Of a stretch of 64,000 bases of DNA, positions 1-10,633 are shown in pieces. The DNA is from Antedon mediterranea. Taxonomy: Eukaryota; Animalia; Echinodermata. Location: positions 7,904,201 through 7,968,200 of the forward strand of contig NC_092679.1 in assembly GCF_964355755.1 (NCBI RefSeq), written 5' to 3'. Under the pieces are notes generated by a model. The model made no database searches, had not been told where the DNA came from, and saw only the letters and a list, made by a program, of their open reading frames with translations. The number at the start of each line of letters is the position of its first letter. Position 1 is the stretch's first letter. The position numbers were made by a program, and so were the translations under genes.

Positions 1-1610
1 TGACAACTTTAAAGGAGTAGGCCTACTCCGTCCGGTCCGAAACGCCTTGCCATAATCTATTGTTACAGGTATAAATTAATTTTACCATCAATCATGAAGC
101 ACGTACCACGTTATTACCTGTAAGAGAAAAGACAATTGGGAAAATGAGAAAATAATTGTAAAATAATCACTGAATTGTGTATAATATAATTGAATTTAAT
201 GTATGATAATGAAAAATTAGTGGCTTAATTTAAAAAAATTACGCATAGGCCTATAACAGATTCTTATTATTGATATCATTATGGACATAATCCTGAGTTG
301 TGGAAATTAGGATATTTTATACGAATATATATTAGGCCTACTGATATACTGTAAATAAGACCTCTTTAGTCCTACTTCACACGTTTACGTAGATCTATCT
401 GATAAGAATTTGTTAATTATTTTATTTTTATCGGCACGTTGATTTCTACCTACCATGCAAACGCATGCAGCAAGTCAGATTTTCCTCCACAATGAATCTT
501 CCGAGAAAGATCTTTTATTTATTTTCGATGCGCTTCCATTCAATTTTAAAATCGCTTTGATGCCTGCCGCCTCAATCCATCAAGAGGAATGGCGGGGGAT
601 ATTTGAACTCCGTGGTATATCTGGCTTAGGCCTAACCCTTTTGCGATTAATTCTTTCTAATAGTTCTGTTGTAGGCTACATTTTCTTTCACGGGCTCGTC
701 GTTTATATTATCAAGTAGACGGTCATTGATGACCGAGTCTACGCATTTATCTCGTATAAAATCGCGTAGAGTTATCAAATTTAAATTGTGTTTATTTGTA
801 TCAATTATGTATGTTTGTTGCTGCTGTACATTGTCTACAAGATGTCCACCACCCAACAACAGGGGAATAAAACATGAAACACTAATATGCTTTCGTGATA
901 CATTAGCACTGTTCGGAAGTACTCATGATTGACTATCAATCCATTTTGTTCCCAAAAATGTGAAAGATATATGCTTTCCCATTAAATTTAATAAATTGAA
1001 TATCACATGGCCATCCCAATTCCCTAACAAAACTATTGTTCATGTTTAAAAGTATTTATTTAATGTGTCTGTAGTTCTAGTTAAATTGCTTTGCATAAAG
1101 CAGCATTGAGAAATATTTAGATTATTATTATAAACAACCACTAAAGTATTTATTCCTGTACAAGGTCAGAAATCAAATTTCCCGCAAACTATTTTATAAA
1201 ATCAGTGACCTATCTAATAGTACATTGATTGGTTAATACCCAGTCAGTGAGGACCTGATTGACAAGCAGTGCCTGTTTGCTATTGGTCATTGGTAAGAGG
1301 AAGTTGAAAATGGACAGCAAGTTATTATTAACACTTGCAGTCTTAAATAAACACGCTGGCATTTTTATTACACCACAGAGTATTATTCCTGTCAACTTAT
1401 ACCACAATTGACATGTTGAGGGGATAGGTCATCCACTGATTCAGTGGATGCCAAACGTAACGCTAAAGTAGCCTGGTCCGTGTAATGAGCATGAATTAAG
1501 GAATAGATACATGGTTCCAGTTAACTATTTTATTAAAAATGTAATAATAGGCTTTCACTGCAAATTTAATTTAATTATTTACTTTATATATAATTATAAT
1601 AATAAACAAA

Positions 1611-2384
1611 TTATGTTGGCGGTGGTGAGTTGTGTTGGAACTTGAACAATGTACTAAATCTAAATCGAATGTCCCTTTCAATAGGTTCACAATCACCAAA
1701 CCTTATAAAATTATAAAATTGTAAAGTTATCTTTAAAACCATTAATGATATGATGATTATTAAAAATTGAAAGAACTTAGTTTGGCTTAACAATCGTTTT
1801 ATAAGACGGTAAATTCTTGATTTTTTTAAAATACTATCGTCAACTGTGAGAGCTGGTTTCATCAAAGAGTCTTTATTTTCACAGTGCGGCGATGTATCAT
1901 CTCTGCAGATGTTCATTTTTGAATCGTTTGTTATGTTATATTCGGATGATTCCGACTTTGTCCGACGGCATAATCCGATACTGTTAACACATGATTGTTT
2001 TTTTGTACGAATATCGTTTTTATCTTTGATATTTAGCTGTTGAGGTTGTTGAGACGACTGTGAAACATCATCTTTTATATATTCATCATCTTTTATTTTT
2101 CGTCTACATTCAAAAACTTCGAAAGAACTTTTATTTGATTGCCGTTTATGTTTCTGATTTATCCTCTCAGTAGTCGTTTGATTTGATGACGTATGTATGG
2201 TCAGTGATGAACCAAACTGATGAGACATGGTTGGAGGAGGTGATTTCTTTACTCTGACACTTCCAAGAGCCGACTTAATCTCGGTTATCAGTTGCTTCAT
2301 TTCGTTGAATTCTTTGTCAATGTATTTTGCACAATTTTGTATTTTATGTACCGCAACAAACCCTGCACCATTTTCTGACTTCAT
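1611..2384 (-). CDS. Small KASH-like tail-anchored protein (257 aa), putative outer-nuclear-membrane LINC component
   Basis: Single coding exon. C-terminus is a basic stretch (KKSRIYRLIKRLL), a hydrophobic segment (FFQFLIIIISLMVLKITLQFYNFI), then 30 aa containing a Cys and ending HNSPPPT-stop. Acceptor tctttatttcaag lies 3 nt before the ATG. Probable non-coding first exon ends at 3162 (donor GAA|gtaagt) in a CpG-richer region near 3160-3260. Confidence 0.75.
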   Translation of the reverse strand: MKSENGAGFVAVHKIQNCAKYIDKEFNEMKQLITEIKSALGSVRVKKSPPPTMSHQFGSSLTIHTSSNQTTTERINQKHKRQSNKSSFEVFECRRKIKDDEYIKDDVSQSSQQPQQLNIKDKNDIRTKKQSCVNSIGLCRRTKSESSEYNITNDSKMNICRDDTSPHCENKDSLMKPALTVDDSILKKSRIYRLIKRLLSQTKFFQFLIIIISLMVLKITLQFYNFIRFGDCEPIERDIRFRFSTLFKFQHNSPPPT

Positions 2385-2689
2385 CGCCTTGAAATAAAGA
2401 CAACCAATAAATCATAATTATAAAAAAAAATGTGCTTAGGCCTACGTGTAGGCCTATTATATTGACCAAATAGACTAGGCCTAGAAGTAGTGCACAACTA
2501 TAGGCCTATACGAAAGAGTAGGCCGTATTGCAAGTCAGTAGTGAGTAGGCCTGGCCCTCAATTATCCGATTGAATCAAAGTCTATGGATATTTAAACGTA
2601 ACGTCAAGAACCACTATTTCAACATTTTAAAAGCTGCAGATCAATCTTTATAATTTAATTCACAGACTTATCAATCATGTTTTAACATG

Positions 2690-2941
2690 TTTCCAATTTG
2701 TAATGTTTATTTTTATATATATTTTGTAATTTTGTGTGTTTGGTAGTAGTTTCCACAATGGAAATAAGTTTAATTAATTTTAAACCTTTTGTGTTATCCT
2801 TGTTATATCCATTTCTTTTGTCTATTATGTAAGTTTATTTGTAACTTGCCGTCTCTTGTTTCATAAAAATTGTATTATATATTTATATATATTATATATG
2901 GATATTTCGAAATAAATAAATCAATCAATCAATCAATCAAT
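2690..2941 (+). mobile_element. Probable 3' end remnant of a CR1/L2-type LINE with (TCAA)n tail
   Basis: T-rich stretch with ggaaataagt...tgtgttatcc, then aataaataaa and a (tcaa)5 microsatellite tail. Boundaries approximate. Confidence 0.4.
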
Positions 2942-3349
2942 ACTAGGCTAGCTTAAGCCTGGTTTTTTAGAGGCCTACAGTACTAAAATTAATAAGCCTA
3001 GGGCCTAGGCCTATAGGGCCTAGGCCTATTATTATTATTTTTCCGTCTGCAGTATGTCCGTTTATTGGCCCTACCAAGCCCTAACATACTCATTGGTCTT
3101 CTGACTACTATACATGAGCACGTTTTTTAAAATTATATGGTGAAAGTAATTATTTACTTACTTCATCAATAAGCACGTGCTGTTTAAAATAGAAAGCCGA
3201 AAAGAGTTTGTAAAACGCCTCGATTTTCTGCGCGCGCGTCTTATTCGAACGAATAGCCCCCTACACGTGCCGCAACAATATCAACCGTACCTATTGACAG
3301 ATTCAACGATTTGACAGGAAAAGGGGTAAAAATAAACGCAAGAAATTGT

Positions 3350-3883
3350 TATAAATCGGTAGAAACGATTACGTTAATCGTTAACGATTTACGCGATCGT
3401 TCATAGTTTCTTGGTTCTCTGCTGGGACACGTGGACGTGAAGTACTACAAAACCAATGCCGGCCGGCCACGCGCAGCCGAGCCCGCGTGTAAATTAAACA
3501 TTATAATATTTAATTGGCTTAATATTATAATTTAATTTGACTTAGGCTTGTTGTTTTGAAATATCAGACCTTAAAAGTGTACAAAAAAAGGTACAAAACA
3601 TCGTCGCGTTGTAAAAATTCAAGAATTGTCGCGTACCTATTTTTTCACAAACTGCAATGATGTAATTTGTGGACCATTTAATTGGTCAGTTTTAACGATC
3701 GTAATCGTTAAAGTTGAACCCAGTTCGATTGAAGATTTTAACGATTTTAACTTTTCAATTTCAACTTAACGATAGTCACATTTTGTCATCAACTTTTTTT
3801 ACTATTTGCTAATAAACGATAATCATCCTTTTTTTTAAACTGTGTTTAAATCGTGGTAAACTGTTTTGTTCAGGTGCCCACTA
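3350..3883. mobile_element. Truncated hAT-like DNA transposon fragment
   Basis: Many dispersed aacgat/atcgtt subterminal-type motifs and a right end ...caggtgcccacta (reverse TAGTGGGCACCTG). The matching left end was not found. Confidence 0.3.
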
Positions 3884-4146
3884 TACATACAAAATAGGTA
3901 TTCCGAAATAGAGAAGAATGCATTTAGTTCATCCTCAAAGTCAGTAGTATGGACGTTATTTTAACTTCATAGTGTCAACTGGTTGTACACAGTTGTGAAA
4001 GAACAATCTCTTGCCAGGGATTGCTAATGCTGTTGATGTGAATCCATACTACTTTAAGATTTCGTTATTATTCAAATCAAACTATAGATAAATAGATAGA
4101 CCTCGTTACATTTTCACTGTAAACACAACCTTCAAATTAACATCTT

Positions 4147-5985
4147 CTATAATGTTGTTGAATTTGATTCATCAAAATGTCTAATGAGTTCTCTGTTTTT
4201 GGTTAACTGTCGGCGAAGGTCCTTTCTTCCTTCCAAAGAAAGGTACCGTACCTCACAGTTTGGCAGCGCTGTCCTTAAAGTGTTCAACACACTTTCAATA
4301 TCCCTGACAGCTGGCAGATCACACAGGAAAATGTATTGCAGTTTGCTGTGTGAAAATGACATATAACATTATTCAAAGAGCATAATAATAATATATCAAT
4401 ATTATCAACTATCATGAAGCAAAAATGGATTAAGTTCGATCCATCGATAGAAGAACTCACCATAGCTTACAGAGTGATGCAATGCCCTTGTCCGATACAT
4501 CTCCACAACTGGTCACTTGAATATCTTCCAAACTATCTTTTAATATTTCTAGTTTGTCCATACTTTCATCTGTGATGTACGTTGCATGGTGCAGTTTCAG
4601 AGATCTCATCTTCTCCAGTCCTCCTGTAAAAATAACAATAACCAATTAGGACTAACTAATACTAATTTTGTAAGTTATAAAGGAAATTGAAAATTATAAA
4701 GACAAAAGACAAAACCATTATGCCAATGAAAAACCATTAATTATCAAACTCTATGTGACAAAAAAATGTTTTGAAAAAGAATTTTTTTCTTACTGAAATG
4801 GTCAAAGCCAATATGCATGATGCTGGAGTCAGTGGCATCAACAGCCTCAATCCGATAGCGATCCTTTGCTCCAGTTGGCAATGAGTTATAATCATCATTC
4901 CATTTCTCATAACCACTGAATTTGACTGCTGCACCACAACGCAGCAACCACTCAGCTGCAGCCCTGTCTGGTCCTACTTCATTTACTCTGTTCTGATCGA
5001 ACCTAGGAAGAAAGAAAAGTTTCAAGTGAGTTTGTCAGCTTTGCTTATCTTTAAAGGAACTGGAAATTAAGTTCTGAACTTAATTAAATCCAATCTTTTG
5101 CATTGTAATGTTTTTTAATTTAAGGGGAAGGCTGCACCCTCCTCCATCATTGTTTCCACCAATGGGAATTCTTATCAAAAGCTCTCTTTGTCAATAGACA
5201 CAAATTTAATTTTAGTTTATCCTTCTATTCCTTAATCCATGCACTAACTCATTTAAAATACAATCTCACTTGTTAAATATGGAGTTGAGCATTCCCCATA
5301 AACACCGTTGTGATGACAACCTAAACAACCCATTACATGATGACAATATTACGTTTGCACCATATTTTGTTGTCATCTATGAAATAAGTAAAACATTATA
5401 TTAGTAGCTATACTAACTGTTGAACAAAATTACAATAGCATGATTACAGTGTATTACTATCTAGGCCTACATTAGTATTTACTAATCTATCCTAAAAAAA
5501 AAATAAATATAGGCATATCATCAACATTTCGCTTTAATAAAAAAACACTTTATTTAAGTATTCAAACTTAAGTTAAACTGATAGTAGTAGTATGTCTAAA
5601 TGATTAGCCTCTACAGCAGCCATTCCATACTACTGAATAAAGTTGTACTACAGTACTAACTAAATATCCAGGCAGGTCAGAAGAGGAAAGAGCATACTAG
5701 CGGATGCTACAGTAGTCAAGCTAGTCGACTTTGATTGGGGGGACTTGACTCGATCCCAGCCAGGCTGACCAGGCGCGCCGAGCCGAGGCCTAGCTAGCCT
5801 AGCCTGGCTAAGGCCTACATACAACATAAATAGGTAACCATACAAGTTAAATTTCATTGCATATAACTAAGTTACCAATTAGGTAATGAATGCAATAATG
5901 CAAACAAATTTCCTACCATAGGCCTAGATACATATTAAATTTAACAAAATAATTCCCTTACAAAAAATCTACTGGATAGCGCCAT
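4147..5985 (-). CDS. DMAC2L: ATP synthase subunit s / factor B (DMAC2L, ATP5S), mitochondrial; 233 aa
   Basis: Exons (minus) 5962-5985, 5270-5376, 4794-5002, 4461-4623, 4147-4345; all GT-AG, 702 nt, in frame. Protein: MALSSRFF-MTTKYG...LWGMLNSIFNKFDQNRVNEVGPDRAAAEWLLRCGA...IEAVDATDSSIMHIGFDHF...SCGDVSDKGI...LCDLPAV, matching factor B motifs including the LRR-like C-half. Confidence 0.95.
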
Positions 5986-6374
5986 GTTTGTTTATAAATA
6001 ATTGTAGGCCTAATTTATTTTTGAAAAGGGGAATTAAACGTAACATTTACTTAAATAATGTTCCATAGTCATTACAAAATAAAATACAATTTTTTAACCT
6101 ATCTCTCTATGTTAAATTCTTGATTTATCTTATAAGTAATTTGCTAACCAAAATAGCTACACAGATGTGTGAAAAACATAAAACTCTACCTTCCTCTGTG
6201 GTGAAAATGGTATAATCCTAAATGATAAACAACAAAATTAAACTCGACTTGTATAAATCAGGTGACTGGGCTGCTCTCTCTGATTGCCGAGTGCTCTCGA
6301 TCTCATGACTGTTATTTTATCAAAAATGATTGATTTATTATCGAAGTTACTTAATGTACAATATCAAGTAAATC
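5986..6374. promoter_or_regulatory. Bidirectional promoter region between DMAC2L and the Rab gene
   Basis: Divergent ATGs at 5985 (-) and 6375 (+), 390 bp apart. Confidence 0.7.
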
Positions 6375-9300
6375 ATGTCGCATGAACAAATGAATATCGA
6401 AGAGCATTTGTACAAGATTCTTGTAATTGGAGAATTTGGCGTTGGTAAGTTGAACGAGACCTCTCCAGTGTCTCAGTCTCATCAATCAATCATCATGATG
6501 GGGAGTGGAGGAAGGTCAAACAAGCATGTTTAATCGCGGTACACACATTTGGACTCGGTATCAAACTGTAAGATAAAGGAAGGCTAACCCTGCACTTTTA
6601 TTTCCGGTATTCATTTACAGAATGCTGTTAGTCTTAGCAAATAATACTAGGCCTGTTAAGGCCCATTTACACTAGGACGATGACAAAATAAACAAATAAT
6701 ATGCATTGTTCATACATAAAATAAAATTAATTTAGGCCTGTATTTTGAATAATGTTGCAAAGCCAGAGAAAATCTCTGTACATAATATTTAAATCCAATT
6801 TCTACCTTGATTTTGCTGGTACAGTATTTAGCTTAGCTTAAATTAACTCAAATGAATGGTATGATCATGAAATGTCTAATTTTTTGTGTATAAGTCTAAG
6901 AATTTTGATTACTTACTTTGTTCTCTTTTCTTGCAGGAAAGGTAGGAGTCTAAAAAATAATATTGATTGGTTTGTTAAAATGAAATTCAGGAAATGGCAG
7001 AACTGGAGTTTGGTAACAAGAAGATAATGATGGAAAAATAACACTTTATAAATAATAATGCAAATAATCATTGTTTGTTAGTTTAAAACATTCTCTAGAA
7101 AATGGCAAAATCATTATTAATAATGATTAATTAACAGTTTGTTAAATTATGGCAATCGTGAAATAAAAAATATATTCACATTAAAATTAAGTATTGATAC
7201 TGATAGCGTTACATATTTGTCCATAGACACTCAGTATTCTACATTAGAGTTACATGTTTGTCTATAGACACTTATACAACTATATAGACAGATTTTCTAA
7301 ATACTAGAGCAATTGTCACCAACATGGAACATGTTAATGTTTAATTAATATTTTCTTTTAACTATACAGACATCAATTATAAAACGATACACTGAAGGTA
7401 AGTTTCATGTTGGTTTTTCCAATTAATAACAAAACTACATGTGTTTTTATGCACTTAATGTACACAGATTGAACTTTCATATGATCTATATTATTTCCTT
7501 ATTTACCAGTTAAGCCGGAAATGATGACCAAACACTGGAAGCAATGTGTTTTTTAATATCATCAAAACAAAAACTTCCTAATAATAAAAAATATTGATTT
7601 CCCAATCCATGAATCTTTCCATTTGCTTTTATTTAGGTACATTTTCTCCAAATTATAAACTTACTATTGGAGTTGATTTTGCTTTGAAATCTATTAATTG
7701 GAATGATGCAACCAAAATTAACTTACAGTTATGGTAAGTGTATTAATTGAGTAGTAAGTACAGTATACTCAAGTAGATCATAAAGATGATGATGTTATTC
7801 AGGTTATAATAACCTTTGATCTTTACTATTTCTAGGGACATAGCTGGACATGAAAGATTTGGTCACATGACCAGAGTTTATTATAAATATGCGTAAGTAA
7901 AAATAACAAAGTTCTTTAATTAAATAAATCATATTTTGTTGTCTATTCTACTGCCACGATCATACAGGTATATAAATCTCTTTTTTATCCAAAAATAAAG
8001 TATTCTAGAATATGTGACATAATTATACATTTCCTTATAAATTTTGATAATTTTCTTGCAGAATTGCAGCAATTATAGTCTATGATTTATCAAGGTAAGT
8101 GTGTTTAATATGTAAAGAATATTTGTCTAAAAATATAAGACCCTGGCAGACTTTCAATTAAAATAAAACAGATGGTATACTGTATGTAGCATTTCATAAC
8201 ATATATTAGATACTTTAATGTAAGCTGTTATAACTACCTGCTACAGTATTCTATTTGTATAACCTCTGAATGTTTACTGATCACCCCCTCCCCACACCCA
8301 ACAACAAAAATAATGTTTCCTTTTATTACAGACCGGCCACATTTGAGTCTGTCTTAAAAGTGAGTTAATTTTTTTTAAATAAAGTTGAAAGAAGTTCTAA
8401 AAATATATTGTACAGTACCTGGTGTCACAATATAATGTTGATGATATGATGTAATTGTTGTTTTTACTACAGTGGTATACAGATGTTAACCAAAAGGTGA
8501 TGTTAGCAAATGAACAACCAGTACCTATACTACTAATAGCAAATAAGGTATATTTACAATTATCCATTCAATATTAATATGCCATGAACAACTATGTACA
8601 AGTTTAAATAGACTATCATGTATGATTTTATATAGACAGTTTAAAACCATTAATTGTATTATGTCTACTTCTATGTTTAAATAGAGGCGCTATCATGTAT
8701 GAGTTTAAATAGACAGTTTAAAACCATTGATACATAGTATAGGCTGCCTCCTCTCATAGACTTTATGTGTGTTGTCTGTTTACCAATTATATTATTACTG
8801 TATTTACTGATGTGTTTCAATATCGTAGAGTGACCTTCACACAAGTCCTTTGGATGAAGCATCTTTAGATGAGTTTTGTAAGCAGCATAAGTTTGTTGGC
8901 TGGTTCAGCACTTCTGCCAAAGATGACAAGAATATAGGTAACTACATAAACAAATATAAACTGCATAAGCATATCTTTTTTGTATATTTACCAGTTAAAG
9001 GTCAAAGTTCACCCATAAATCCCTATGGGCAATAACTATTGTACCTGTAAAAATGTGCCTATGCATATATTAATAGTAAGATAGTTGCTTACCATACTGA
9101 ATAAATAATGGCTTATATCCATATGGATTTACCTCAGTCAAACTGTATGCAGTTATTTTAAATAATCAGCAAAGCCCCTACTTTAATGGGGGCGCTGGTG
9201 ATTGTTAAAACATACTGTTTCCCAATTTTTTGCATTTTATGGTTAAGTGTCCCTTGATGCTTGAGGCTTTTGTTGATACATATCTTTTTTTATTTCATTA

Positions 9301-9608
9301 AAATTTATGTGTTTATATGTAGTGGTTAAAACCCTATGTAATAAATGTTCATGGGAAAAATTCCATCCCTAAATGACTCATATCACAAATATCAAACATT
9401 TCACCCAAATTAGTTGATTTATTTCTGTCTTCTCAATACGTTGTTTTCAGATAAAGCAATGCACTTCCTAGTAGAAACAATATTATCTTTAACTAGCGAT
9501 GGACAAAAACCAGAGGAACATATTTCATTACAGCAGCCAGATACAAACTATCTACAAACAATAGATGAAGAGGAATTTAAAGAAACTAGTTGCTGTGGAA
9601 AAAATTGA
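6375..9608 (+). CDS. Rab32/Rab38/Rab29-family small GTPase, 219 aa
   Basis: Exons 6375-6444, 6937-6941, 7370-7397, 7637-7733, 7836-7892, 8062-8094, 8332-8359, 8473-8547, 8829-8937, 9451-9608; 660 nt in frame, all GT-AG. Motifs: EHLYKILVIGEFGVGKTS, YKLTIGVDFALK, LQLWDIAGHERFGHMTRVYYK, ANKSD, TSAK, C-terminal CCGKN prenylation signal. Confidence 0.93.
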
Positions 9609-10217
9609 ATGTCATAACATTCTCAACATTTTACTGATTTGAATATATATCTACCAAACAGAAGTAAACTTAGCCAAAGGGTTTTGCCTTTAGCTATGTG
9701 GAATTGAAAAAAAAAGTCTGCCTATACCTACATGAAAGTGTTAATTTTTTTTTAAAGCATTCATGATTTGGTAAAATGTTATTATTTTAATCAATCCCAC
9801 TGTGACTAAGTTTTCTAACTTTTTTGTCAATGTTCTCCCTGGTTAAAATTACCATTAAAGTAAGTTACCTTCTCTAATAAAATACAATTAAAACCATTAT
9901 CAATGACACAGCAAAGAAAGTAATTCAATTAAAACAGTTTAAAATGTGTTAAGGATTTTCAAACACAAAATTCAGATATATATAGAACAGTTATTATGTA
10001 GTGTGTGTTATTTAAACTATTTAAGCAGTTACTCAGTTTAATGTTCTCGAATAAATTATACTGCAGGACTAAAGTTTAATTATGTAAATTAAGTTGCAAT
10101 ATGATATTTTAAAAGACTTTATTTCATGTTTTATGTGACATTTTATCATAATCAAAGAAAGTTCTATTACCTAGCCTTCTGCTCATGAATGAATGATAAA
10201 TGAATCTTCTGTGAAGC

Positions 10218-10348
10218 TGCTCTGTCTACATTATCAAACTTTATGTGACAAAAATGTACCCAAATATGGTAGTGACATGACATCATCATGTCTATATATG
10301 GGCACATCACATTTTTTCAAATAAAGTTTGATAGTGTAGACAGAGCTT
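10218..10348. mobile_element. Small MITE (about 130 bp)
   Basis: TIR gctctgtctacattatcaaacttt ... aaagtttgatagtgtagacagagc. Second copy near 26000-26147 and a fragment at about 4741-4768. Confidence 0.7.
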
Positions 10349-10633
10349 TAGTCTATGTACAGACATGCTTACTCACATAAAATACTGATTTTTATGCCTA
10401 AAAAATATATAACTTATGATAATTTGATTATTTATGTGCAGGAAAATGCAATGCTTATCTTTAATTGTGAAAATTTAGATTTTAAAAATAGTGTCCTGAT
10501 TATGGGCATAATATATTGTAAATTAGAACTGTATTAAATTGGAAAGTACAACAGTATTTTCATAGAAACTTCCTGTTATCCTTCCTCAATTAAATGGGTT
10601 TTTAAACTTCACACTAACACATGACTGACAACA

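Noticed and set aside
455-932. Short ORFs 455-718, 647-859, 726-932
   Set aside because: Overlapping on both strands with no recognisable motifs; better explained as UTR or promoter sequence.
1846-2043. 65-aa plus-strand ORF
   Set aside because: Antisense shadow of the KASH-like CDS.
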